Part shown: one piece after another, positions 29,610 through 38,774 of the stretch
Layout: each line of letters starts with the position of its first letter
Position numbering within the stretch: position 1 is the first letter of the stretch
Position numbers and translations under genes: made by a program
From: an uncultured Candidatus Saccharibacteria bacterium
GTDB lineage: Bacteria; Patescibacteriota; UBA1384; JAMDBS01; DAOVQR01
Length of the DNA: 64,000 nucleotides
Assembly: GCA_964481135.1 (NCBI GenBank)
Contig: CAYZSW010000002.1
Coordinates: 29,283-93,282, forward strand
Direction of reading: 5' to 3'
The notes under the pieces: generated by a model
Databases searched by the model: none
What the model was told of the DNA's origin: nothing
What the model saw: only the letters and a program-made list of their open reading frames with translations

Positions 29610-30566
29610 TTATTTATTAATTTTAAGTAACCAAAGCATAATTGCTTTTTGTATGTGCAACCGATTTTCTGCCTGATCAAATACTATTGAATTTTTGCCA
29701 TCAATAACATCTTCTGTTTGTTCCATGCCTCGCATAGCAGGTAAGCAATTCATAAAAATGACATTATCTTTAGCATAAGATAAAACTTTTTCTGTAACTT
29801 GATATGGCTTTAATTTTTTTATTCTTGTATTAGCTTTCTTAGGATCAACATGATAACTCATCCAGGAATCAGTATAAATAACATCGGCACCAGTAGCTGA
29901 TTTCTGCACATCATGAGATACTTCAATTTTTACATTTGTTTTTTTTGCAATATTTCTAGCAATATCTACAATTTCAGTTTTTGGCATAAATTCTTTATCT
30001 TTTGGGCAAACTGCCACCATGTCTATCCCCATAAGTGCACAACCATGCATAAGAGAATAAGTAACATTATTTTCACAATCACCAAAATAAACTAATTTTA
30101 GTTTTTTAAAACTTTTCTTTTTCTCAAGTATTGTTAGTAAATCTCCTAAAATCTGACACGGATGATTTTCGTCTGATAGTGCATCTATTACTGGAATACT
30201 AGCATTCTGAGCTAGTTTTTTAATATCAGAAAATTTAAACATTCTAGCCATTATAATATCAACATATCTAGATACAGTTTTGGCTGTATCCTCTATCGTT
30301 TCCTTTTTTCCAAGAGGTGAAGTTGAAACATCATAATATATCGCATGACCACCTAATTGTGTCATACCAACTTCAAAACTGACCCTAGTCCTAAGTGATG
30401 GTTTTTCAAAAATCATTAAAAGTGTTTTATCTTTTAAAGCATGCTTAAATTTTTTCGGATTTTGTTTAATCTTTTTTGCTAAATTAATAACAAACAGAGC
30501 GTCTTTTGAACTTAGATTAGCCAAAGAAAGCAAATGTTTATTTTCATGTTTCATTTTTTCCTCCAT
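29610..30566 (-). CDS. ornithine carbamoyltransferase-like (anabolic or catabolic OTCase)
   Basis: SLRTRVSFE, HPCQILGDLL (HPxQ), DVIYTDSWMS, FMNCLPA (HCLP-like). Probable true start M5 (MKHEN) with SD GGAGGA. Terminator-like hairpin AAAAAAAAGGAACTA-ATAGTTCCTTTTTTT at about 30575-30600 separates it from uvrD. Confidence 0.75.
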   Translation of the reverse strand: MEEKMKHENKHLLSLANLSSKDALFVINLAKKIKQNPKKFKHALKDKTLLMIFEKPSLRTRVSFEVGMTQLGGHAIYYDVSTSPLGKKETIEDTAKTVSRYVDIIMARMFKFSDIKKLAQNASIPVIDALSDENHPCQILGDLLTILEKKKSFKKLKLVYFGDCENNVTYSLMHGCALMGIDMVAVCPKDKEFMPKTEIVDIARNIAKKTNVKIEVSHDVQKSATGADVIYTDSWMSYHVDPKKANTRIKKLKPYQVTEKVLSYAKDNVIFMNCLPAMRGMEQTEDVIDGKNSIVFDQAENRLHIQKAIMLWLLKINK

Positions 30567-30707
30567 AAAAAAAAGGAACTAATAGTTCCTTTTTTTAAAA
30601 TAATATATAATATTTTTTTTAATATGTTTTTGCACTTTTTTGCTCCATTTTTTACATTTAAATTAAATATATACTATAAATAATATTTGTCAAATTGTGT
30701 AAAAAGT

Positions 30708-32723
30708 TTATAGTTGTTCTTTGAATTCTTCAGGTATTTCATCTATAAATCTGGACCTAATATTACTTTGGATATTTCCATAAATTAATCGAGATTGTGC
30801 ATAAGTTAAGTATAATCTTTCTTTGGCTCGAGTTATACCCACATAGGCTAATCGCCTTTCCTCTTCAAGTTCTGAAGAATCTAAAATACTTCTAGAATGA
30901 GGAAACAACCCCTCTTCCATTCCTGCAATAAAAACTACAGGAAATTCTAAACCTTTTGCATTATGAAGTGTCATTAGGGTTAAAACATCTTGGTTTTTAT
31001 TATAATTATCAATATCAGAAACTAATGCAATCTCCTCTAAAAAACTTTCTAAATTAGTATACTTTGACGCTACTGATTTTAATTCTTCAATATTTTCCAA
31101 TCTCATTTCGGCTTGCTCGGTTTTTTCATCTAAAAGCATCTTTCTATATCCGGCTTCGTCAATAACATGTTCAATCAAGTCTGCGGGTGTCATTTCTGGA
31201 ACTCTTTTCCTAAACTTTTCCATCATTTCAAAAAAATTTTGAATTTTTGAATTTTGATTTTTGAATTTATTTAGGATTTCGGATTTAGAATTTAGGATTT
31301 TTCCCAGAGTTTTAGCGCCAATCCCTCTTGTAGGAACATTAATGATTCTCTCCAGTGATACTTCATCATCAGGATTCGCAATCAAACGCAAATATGCTAA
31401 AACATCTTTAATTTCCTTGCGTTGATAAAATTGCACTGCTCCAACTATTTTATAAGGAATTGATCTTTTTAATAAAATTTCTTCAACAACTCTAGATTGA
31501 GCATTAGTTCTATATAATATAACAAAATTATTTAAGCTTTTTTGCTCAGATATTAAAGCTTCCACTTCGTCTACCACAAAATTAATTTCATCTTCATGAT
31601 CACTTGCTTCATAAATTGTAATAGGTGCTCCATCTTTTTTTTCTGTCCATAATTTTTTTTCTGTTCTACTTCGATTATATTTTATTAAATCATTCGCAGC
31701 AGATAAAATATTACCCGTTGATCGATAGTTTTGTTCGAGCTTAATAATTTTTGCATTAGAATAATCTTTCTCAAAATTTAAAATATTACGAAAATTTGCT
31801 CCCCTAAATCCGTAAATTGCCTGATAATCATCGCCTACTACACAAACATTTTTGTGTTTTTTTGCTAATGCTTTTATTAATTCATATTGAACAGTATTTG
31901 TGTCTTGATACTCATCAATTAAAATATAACGAAATATTTTCTGATACTTATTTAAAACTTCTGGAAACTTGTCAAAAAGTTCTAGAGTTAAAACCAACAG
32001 ATCATCAAAATCAAGCGCATTGGCGCGCTTTAAACGCTTTTGATACTCCGTGTAAACTTTATCGACCTTTTCTAAAAAAGGATTATCAACATAATTATGA
32101 TATTCTTTTGCACGAATTAATTCATTTTTAGCACCAGAAATAAAATTTTTAATTGCCTTCGGATTATTCTCTTTTATATCAATACTCAAATCTTTACATA
32201 TTTTTTTAATTAAACTCAAACTATCACTCTGATCATAAATTACAAAACTTCTTTCAAATCCTATTTGGTGAATTTCTCGACGCAAAATTTTTACACAAAT
32301 ACTATGAAAAGTACCCATCCACGGCAAACGTTTAGCGTTTGCCAACTCTGAAGCACGAATATCTAAATCCGAAACAATTTTCGAATTTTTTAGATTTTGA
32401 TCATTGAAATTTTGAATTTGTTTGGAACTTGTTATTTGTGATTTGTTATTTGAAATGAGTAGTCGGGCCACTCGACTACTCATTTCTGTTGCTGCTTTAT
32501 TTGTAAATGTTACTGCTAAAATATTATATGGACTTATATTTTTTTCTAAAACTAAATATGCTAATCTATGTGTTAAAGCTTTGGTCTTACCGCTTCCTGC
32601 TCCAGCTAATATCAAAACTGGCCCTTCTGTGGCCAGCACCGCTTCCTGTTGTTTTTTGTTTAAATCCTCTAAAATATCCATGTTTTTAGTATAACAAAAA
32701 AATGCGTAAATTACCGTATCCAT
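30708..32723 (-). CDS. uvrD: UvrD/PcrA-family DNA helicase, with low-complexity insertions
   Basis: Walker A AGAGSGKT, motif Ia TFTNKAATEM, later helicase motifs. Likely true start M15 (MDILEDLNKKQQEAV, ATG at 32679-32681). Inserts encoded by repeats 32379-32452 and 31237-31303. Confidence 0.9.
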   Translation of the reverse strand: MDTVIYAFFCYTKNMDILEDLNKKQQEAVLATEGPVLILAGAGSGKTKALTHRLAYLVLEKNISPYNILAVTFTNKAATEMSSRVARLLISNNKSQITSSKQIQNFNDQNLKNSKIVSDLDIRASELANAKRLPWMGTFHSICVKILRREIHQIGFERSFVIYDQSDSLSLIKKICKDLSIDIKENNPKAIKNFISGAKNELIRAKEYHNYVDNPFLEKVDKVYTEYQKRLKRANALDFDDLLVLTLELFDKFPEVLNKYQKIFRYILIDEYQDTNTVQYELIKALAKKHKNVCVVGDDYQAIYGFRGANFRNILNFEKDYSNAKIIKLEQNYRSTGNILSAANDLIKYNRSRTEKKLWTEKKDGAPITIYEASDHEDEINFVVDEVEALISEQKSLNNFVILYRTNAQSRVVEEILLKRSIPYKIVGAVQFYQRKEIKDVLAYLRLIANPDDEVSLERIINVPTRGIGAKTLGKILNSKSEILNKFKNQNSKIQNFFEMMEKFRKRVPEMTPADLIEHVIDEAGYRKMLLDEKTEQAEMRLENIEELKSVASKYTNLESFLEEIALVSDIDNYNKNQDVLTLMTLHNAKGLEFPVVFIAGMEEGLFPHSRSILDSSELEEERRLAYVGITRAKERLYLTYAQSRLIYGNIQSNIRSRFIDEIPEEFKEQL

Positions 32724-32839
32724 ACTGCATATCTCGCTACATCTCGCTCAGTAACTATTAAAATCTCATTACTACAAAAATTTTATCCATACCATAAACT
32801 CTTGAATTTTATTTATAAACACAAAATGACAAAGACATA

Positions 32840-32868
32840 CCATATTCCACTCCGTAAGTGGAATATGG
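32840..32868. repeat. exact repeated hairpin (copy 1)
   Basis: TACCATATTCCAC-TCCGTAA-GTGGAATATGGTT; the identical 33-mer also occurs at 60256-60288. Confidence 0.8.
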
Positions 32869-32939
32869 TTTATGTTTTTAGTTTTTAGTATATCAGCTAT
32901 TAGTTAACTAGTTAATAATTTATTTGTAGTAATTAGTAT

Positions 32940-33330
32940 GTTATTCATGATTTGTAAAGATTCGTAGCTATATTAAAAGACCCAGGAGTTATCTGCTTGT
33001 AGCCCTCCATTTTTTAATAAAGTGGCTGCAGTTTCTCTTGGGTCTAAGGCGATATATCGGCCTTATTGTATCTCCTTCCGGAGATATTATTCCCAAGAAA
33101 GAGTTACTTATGTGGCCTATATTACGCTGGTTGATCCTACAATCTATTTTAAGTTTCGTTTTGTTTTTGTTTAATGTGTTAGTAGGATCAGCTTGTCCCG
33201 AATTGTGAGTACATAATTAATTCGAGACATACTGACTCTACCAATAATCCCTCCTTTTTAATGTTCCCTCCTGCTTTTTCGTTGATTATAATATAATACC
33301 AATTACCAATAGACATGTCAAGCCCTTAAT
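32940..33330. ncRNA. candidate structured non-coding RNA / structured DNA region (unclassified)
   Basis: ORF-free ~390 bp with clearly higher GC than its surroundings and many local hairpins (GACCCAGGAG...TCTTGGGTC; AAGGC-GATATATCG-GCCTT; TATCTCC-TTCC-GGAGATA; GATCCTAC...GTAGGATC). I could not match RNase P, tmRNA or SRP signatures by eye. Confidence 0.3.
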
Positions 33331-33360
33331 AAAAATAAACAAATTAACAGGTTAAAATGT

Positions 33361-33441
33361 TAGATTTTAGATTTATGATTTTAGATTTAAGTTCTTACCT
33401 GTGGATAAATCAAAAATCATCCTGTGGATAACTATTTAATA
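33361..33441. promoter_or_regulatory. AT-rich 8-mer tandem repeats followed by two perfect DnaA boxes (oriC-like module)
   Basis: TTAGATTTTAGATTTATGATTTTAGATTTAAG, then TGTGGATAA at 33410-33418 and 33433-33441 (reverse complement of TTATCCACA), same orientation, 23 bp apart; immediately downstream of dnaB. Confidence 0.4.
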
Positions 33442-33534
33442 AAAGCTGAACGACGCGGATTACTACGCAGAAAAAAAGCGGAAATTTATCAGCGTAGATC
33501 TGCGTTACTATCTGCGTATATCTGCTTCTATCTT

Positions 33535-34917
33535 TTACAGTTCAATATTATCTACTTGTTTTCTTTCAATAGTTCTAAATTTAGTTTGCTCTGGATGAAA
33601 ATATAATTCTACAGATCCAATAGGACCATTCCTATGTTTTTTAACTAAAATATCTGCGATGTTTTTTCTTTCTGTGTCAGGATCATAATAATCTTCACGA
33701 TATATAAACATAACTACATCTGCATCCTGTTCAATTGATCCTGATTCTCTTAAATCTGCCAACACTGGCCGTTTATCTGGTCTATGCTCTACCGCTCTAG
33801 AAAGTTGAGACAGCGCAATCACTGGAACATTTAATTCCCTAGCAAGCCCTTTAAGACCTCTAGATATTTCAGAAATTTCTTGGACTCTATTTGTATCATT
33901 AGATGTTCTTCTACCCTGCATAAGCTGCAAATAATCGATCATAAGCAAACCCAAATTGTGCTCAGCTTGCAATCTTCTTGCTTTTGTTCGAATCTCCATA
34001 ACATTTAACATCGGCGAATCGTCAATGTAAAGTGGCGCCTCTGAAAGAATTCCCATGGCATGGCCGATCTTTGGAAAATCTAGTTCAGACAAATTGCCAG
34101 TTCTTAATTTCCAAGCATCTATGCCCGCCTGAGAACAAAGCAATCTATCAACTAATTGCTCTTTAGATTGTTCTAAAGAAAAAATACCAACACTTTTTTT
34201 TATATTTGTAGCAACAAACTGAGCAATATTTAAAGCCAATGAAGTTTTTCCCATCGATGGTCGAGCTGCTAAAATTATTAAATCTGATTCTTGCAGACCA
34301 GCTAAAATATTATCTAAATCGCGATACCCAGTTGCAATTCCTCTTAACTGACCCTTTTGTTTATGCAATTCATCAATTCTATCGAATGCTTCAGTTAAAA
34401 TTGATTTTACAGGAGTAAAGTATTGTCGAAAAAATTTTTGCGAAACTGAAAACAATTCTTTTTCCGATTGATCCAGAACATCGTCAATTTTTCTGTTTTC
34501 GTCGTAACCCATTTGAGTAATATTTATCGCTGCTTGTAATAAACGACGCAAAACTGATTTGTTTTTAATAATTTCAGCATAATGTTCAGCATGAGCAGCT
34601 GTTGGCACAGAATTTACTAAGGTTGTTAAATATGTTGCTCCGCCAACAGCATCAATTATTTTTGCTTTTTCTAATTTATCAGATAAAGTCACAATATCTA
34701 TTGGCCGACGCTCTTCAAATAATTCTACCATAGCTTGAAAAATGTTTTTATGTCTTTCCTCATAAAAATCGTCTGGGTGTAGCGCATCACCAATTTGAAT
34801 TATTGCATCTTTAGATAGTAAAACCGAACCCAAAACAGACTGTTCTGCTTCAATGCTTTGAGGCGGTATTCGTAATTCAGAATTTTTATTTGATTGTCCA
34901 ATTTTTGTTCTTTTCAT
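33535..34917 (-). CDS. dnaB: replicative DNA helicase DnaB
   Basis: 460 aa; Walker A GARPSMGKTS, LSQLSR, RecA-like C-terminal domain; no intein. Confidence 0.95.
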   Translation of the reverse strand: MKRTKIGQSNKNSELRIPPQSIEAEQSVLGSVLLSKDAIIQIGDALHPDDFYEERHKNIFQAMVELFEERRPIDIVTLSDKLEKAKIIDAVGGATYLTTLVNSVPTAAHAEHYAEIIKNKSVLRRLLQAAINITQMGYDENRKIDDVLDQSEKELFSVSQKFFRQYFTPVKSILTEAFDRIDELHKQKGQLRGIATGYRDLDNILAGLQESDLIILAARPSMGKTSLALNIAQFVATNIKKSVGIFSLEQSKEQLVDRLLCSQAGIDAWKLRTGNLSELDFPKIGHAMGILSEAPLYIDDSPMLNVMEIRTKARRLQAEHNLGLLMIDYLQLMQGRRTSNDTNRVQEISEISRGLKGLARELNVPVIALSQLSRAVEHRPDKRPVLADLRESGSIEQDADVVMFIYREDYYDPDTERKNIADILVKKHRNGPIGSVELYFHPEQTKFRTIERKQVDNIEL

Positions 34918-35222
34918 ATTGATAATATAAATAAAATTAATTTTTATATCAATTTTAAGGTTTAAAAAACTAAATTGAGGAAAACAAGTGGATAAAAAAT
35001 ATGTTTCTCCTACTATTTTTTTTAAATATGTTAATTATATTATTATATGGTTAGAGTTAAAAAGCTAGTTTGGTTAAAGAGTTAAATTATTGTGTTTAAC
35101 TGATAAACTTAACCCGATTTTCTATACTAACTTCATAGCCATTCCCATACAATAACTTATGTTATTAGCAGATCTTGTTTTTCATCTAAACCCAAATAAA
35201 TAAAATCAGCGTTTACAATACA

Positions 35223-36794
35223 TTATATATCAAACACATCCATCGCTTGTGAAACTAAATCATTTTTACTATTTTTTTTAGAAGAGTCAATTTGAGCTGC
35301 ATCAACAATTTGAGCATCATCAATCAGACAATTTATTTTGCATTTTTTACCAAAAACTTGCTCTATTTTTTCAACTAATGTTGAATAATTTTTATTTTCA
35401 GTGATTTTTTCTGCGTAAAATTTAAATTTAACGCTTATTTTAAATTCATTATTGCTTATTCCTGAAAAATTTGAATCTTTCAACAATAAAGACAATGAAC
35501 GGTTAGCTTCTCCAACTTTATCAATAAACTCATTCCATTTTTCCTGAGGATTGTAAACATCAATATCTTCGCTTTTAATTGTTTCTACTTGTTTTTTGGA
35601 TTCTTGAACAGAATTTTCTTTAATTAATTCCTTCTTAACCTCTAATTTATTCTTAATAATACCTGGGCTGATTTTCTTCTCTAATTCTAAATTATTATTT
35701 AACTTTAATGATTCTTGTTTCTTTTCACAAACCTCATATACAGCAAGCTCAAGTGGAAGCTCTGGTGAATCAATAATTTTTATTTCTTTTGAAATACCAA
35801 TAAAAATTGCCAAAATATCTAAAATTTCAGAAATCTTTATTTTTTCAGCAATATTCTTCATTCTTTTTAATTCTTTTTCAGCAACAATTAAATTTATCTT
35901 GGCCTTTGAAGAAAAAATCAATAAATTTCTTAAATAGTGAATTATTTGGTTATTAAATTCTACTAAATCAAATCCTTTAATGTGTATACTACTAATTAAT
36001 TCTAAAGCAAGTGTTATTTTTTTATCTGTTAGATATTCAATGAAATCTCCAACTTTTTCGGCGCCCACTAAACCAATAGTTTTTTCTACAATATTCAAAG
36101 TTATATTTTTTTCTCCAACGGAATTAACCTGGTCTAAAATTGAAAGTGCATCACGAAAAGAACCGTCTGATTTTTGTGCAATAAGATTTATAGCAGCATT
36201 TTCGATTTTTATTTTTTCGATTTTGACAATTTGACTTATCCTTTTTACCAAATCATTAATAAGAGCACGATTAAATTGAAATTCTTGAACTCGAGATAAA
36301 ATTGTGTCTGGCACCTTATCTGGTTCAGTTGTTGCCATAATAAATATTGCGTGTTTTGGTGGCTCCTCCAATGTTTTCAAAAGAGCATTAAAGCTTTCTT
36401 TTGTAAGCATATGAACTTCATCAATAATAAATATTTTGTATTTAGAACCAGAAGGTGCATACCGAATCTTGTCTCTTAAATCTCTAATTTCATCAATACC
36501 TCTATTACTTGCAGCATCAATCTCTAGTACATCTAGCGAATGTCCGCTTGAAATTTCCTTACAACTAGAACATTGGTTACAAGGTTCAGATTGCAGTGAT
36601 TTTCGATTAGTACAATTTAATGCTTTAGATAAAAGTCGGGCAGAAGAAGTTTTACCAGTTCCTTTTGGACCCACAAAAAGATAGCCATGGCTAGTAGCAC
36701 CTGTTTTAATGGCATTTTCTAATATTTTTTTAGTTGTATCTTGACCAACTAAATCTTTAAATTTTTGTGGTCGGTATTTTAAATACAAACTCAT
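35223..36794 (-). CDS. dnaX: DNA polymerase III subunit gamma/tau
   Basis: GPKGTGKTSSARLLSKALNC, Zn module CNQCSSCKEI, DEVHMLT box. Confidence 0.9.
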   Translation of the reverse strand: MSLYLKYRPQKFKDLVGQDTTKKILENAIKTGATSHGYLFVGPKGTGKTSSARLLSKALNCTNRKSLQSEPCNQCSSCKEISSGHSLDVLEIDAASNRGIDEIRDLRDKIRYAPSGSKYKIFIIDEVHMLTKESFNALLKTLEEPPKHAIFIMATTEPDKVPDTILSRVQEFQFNRALINDLVKRISQIVKIEKIKIENAAINLIAQKSDGSFRDALSILDQVNSVGEKNITLNIVEKTIGLVGAEKVGDFIEYLTDKKITLALELISSIHIKGFDLVEFNNQIIHYLRNLLIFSSKAKINLIVAEKELKRMKNIAEKIKISEILDILAIFIGISKEIKIIDSPELPLELAVYEVCEKKQESLKLNNNLELEKKISPGIIKNKLEVKKELIKENSVQESKKQVETIKSEDIDVYNPQEKWNEFIDKVGEANRSLSLLLKDSNFSGISNNEFKISVKFKFYAEKITENKNYSTLVEKIEQVFGKKCKINCLIDDAQIVDAAQIDSSKKNSKNDLVSQAMDVFDI

Positions 36795-36828
36795 AGTAAA
36801 TTTATTGTAACAAAAATCACCATTATAA

Positions 36829-36906
36829 CAACCTTTTACTAACCCCCGGGGTTAGCAAAAGGCTTGAACCTGCAAATTTCTAGCAAACCCCGGAAGTTAG
36901 TAATTT
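36829..36906. repeat. ~78-bp composite palindromic repeat (copy A) flanking the lipoprotein gene
   Basis: AACCTTTTACTAACCCCCGGGGTTAGCAAAAGGCTTGAACCTGCAAATTTCTAGCAAACCCCGGAAGTTAGTAATTT; about 88% identical to 37603-37684; internal hairpins CTAACCCC/GGGGTTAG. Confidence 0.75.
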
Positions 36907-36956
36907 TTAAAAATTTAATTAAAAAAAACGGGATTAATATATCCCGTAATTGTTGC

Positions 36957-37493
36957 TTAAGAAAATTTATATAAAATGGTACAAGAAACTGCAATAATTA
37001 AAATTAATAATATTGATGCCCAAGGAGATCGCTGATTTTTATAACTAATATCAACAAACCCATTGGTTATTAAAATTTTATTTTTTTCTTGTATTATTCC
37101 ATTCTTATAGTTTGTAATCTCACCTGGTGTGATTAATATTAAAGAATGGGGTGGCAATATAGGATCTTTGGAATAAAATCTTACATCTCCGTTTTTTGTT
37201 ACAATTTGATGCAAGCCAGTGTATGGTGGCAATTTACTAAATTGAAAATTCGCAACCAAATAACCATCATACTCTTTAATTTCTGTTACCTTAAAGCCAA
37301 GATCTGTTAATTGGCTTTCCACTTCTTGTCGAGAAATTTTTTGTTCAACTCCCATGCACACAATACTACCCTTACCACTTCCGTCTGGATTTAGTGTTAG
37401 GGTAATTTGTGCAGAACATCCATTAAAAATTACTGCGACAACAAACACTACCATAACACTTAACAATTTCCTAAAATATTTCAATACACTCAC
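36957..37493 (-). CDS. lipoprotein with C-terminal TM helix, hypothetical
   Basis: Signal peptide with lipobox VIFNGC-S; C-terminal hydrophobic ASILLILIIAVSCTILY; bracketed by the 78-bp repeat pair. Confidence 0.6.
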   Translation of the reverse strand: MSVLKYFRKLLSVMVVFVVAVIFNGCSAQITLTLNPDGSGKGSIVCMGVEQKISRQEVESQLTDLGFKVTEIKEYDGYLVANFQFSKLPPYTGLHQIVTKNGDVRFYSKDPILPPHSLILITPGEITNYKNGIIQEKNKILITNGFVDISYKNQRSPWASILLILIIAVSCTILYKFS

Positions 37494-37602
37494 CCTCCTT
37501 ATTTTTAAAATACTAATTATGAATTACAAAATTAGATTGATATTAACATTTTTCAATCACTATATCAAGAGTAATTATTGAGAAAATAATAATTACTTAA
37601 AA

Positions 37603-37684
37603 CTAACAACCTTTTGCAAACCTACGAGGTTAGTAAAAGGCTCGAACCTGCAAATTTCTTGCAAACCCCGGAGGTTAGTAATTT
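37603..37684. repeat. ~78-bp composite palindromic repeat (copy B)
   Basis: AACCTTTTGCAAACCTACGAGGTTAGTAAAAGGCTCGAACCTGCAAATTTCTTGCAAACCCCGGAGGTTAGTAATTT; contains an internal ~23-bp direct repeat GCAAACC-NNNN-AGGTTAGTAA, each with AACC...GGTT hairpins. Confidence 0.75.
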
Positions 37685-37846
37685 GGTGTGATTTTAAACC
37701 ACAAATAATTGACAAATTGCAAAATTATTGATAAGATTTTGTGTTTTAGTGAATCGTATTTTGCATCAGCGTCAATAAAAAAGTATGAGCAAGTGTGATA
37801 TACTAAAATAGATTCAACGGTTATTTAAAAAAAGGAGGAAAGAAAA

Positions 37847-38770
37847 ATGAAAAAATTTTCATTTTTAACACTGATTATTGTCTCGACAATAATCCTCCTA
37901 GTAGGATCTGCCTATGTGGCAGTCCAAGAGAACATCCCAACTTTTTCAACTACAACTAAAACCATAACCGCAGCTGAGATTACCCCGGAATACACGGTCG
38001 ACAATATAAACTTGAGTTCAGGCGTTGTTAAATCAACTGGGCTTAAAATATTTTACCCAACTGCAATAAATGACCCAATTTACTTTGAAGAAAAAAGTCA
38101 ACAAGATCTATTTGAGTGTGCAAAAGGAATATTGCACTCAAATAGATTTGGTCATGTTAAACCAGAAATAATAATCGACATGATCGAATTAAAAGAAGGT
38201 CAAACTATTGCTGACATTGGCGCTGCCTACGGATATGACACCTTTCCCTTTTCTCAAGTAGTTGGAAAAACAGGAAAGGTTTACTCCACAGATATTAATC
38301 CGTATGTTCTGTGGTATCAAATGCAATTGCGAACAAAAATGGCAGAAAAATACGGAGAAAAGGGTTACTATTATGATAACATTTCAATTATTCTTAATAG
38401 AACCTACGATTTAACACTGCCAAATGAAATATTAGATATTGCATTCATAAAGGATGTGCATCTACTGTTTTACGATCCAGAAAAAAAAGAAAATGGACTA
38501 GCTTCAGAAATAAATCCTGACGAAGAAGAGCAGTCCAGGATCGAAAATGCAATATATGAAGAAAATAAAAACTTCGTGTTATCGGTTAAAAAAGCAATGA
38601 AGCCTAATGCGACATTAGTTGTCATAGAAGGAAAACATGGTGGAGAAATCGCCGTAACAAAGGAAACCTTCAAAAAACTAATGAAAAAATTTGGTTTCGA
38701 AATAGTCAAAGATTACGACGAAGTAATTAGTGACTACAACTTCTACATATTGAAAAAATGCGAGGTGTGA
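37847..38770 (+). CDS. signal-anchored class-I SAM-methyltransferase-fold protein (motif I degenerate)
   Basis: N-terminal TM; IADIGAAYGYDTF (degenerate GxGxG), GKVYSTDIN (acidic post-I), DIAFIKDVH (motif IV); paralog of 41523..42494. Confidence 0.6.
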   Translation: MKKFSFLTLIIVSTIILLVGSAYVAVQENIPTFSTTTKTITAAEITPEYTVDNINLSSGVVKSTGLKIFYPTAINDPIYFEEKSQQDLFECAKGILHSNRFGHVKPEIIIDMIELKEGQTIADIGAAYGYDTFPFSQVVGKTGKVYSTDINPYVLWYQMQLRTKMAEKYGEKGYYYDNISIILNRTYDLTLPNEILDIAFIKDVHLLFYDPEKKENGLASEINPDEEEQSRIENAIYEENKNFVLSVKKAMKPNATLVVIEGKHGGEIAVTKETFKKLMKKFGFEIVKDYDEVISDYNFYILKKCEV

Positions 38771-38774
38771 ACCA

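Noticed and set aside
33050-33100. SRP (4.5S) RNA because of CCGGAAGGAGAUA hairpin with GGAA tetraloop
   Set aside because: It is a perfect hairpin without the symmetric internal loops of SRP helix 8, and the flanking sequence does not match the SRP consensus.
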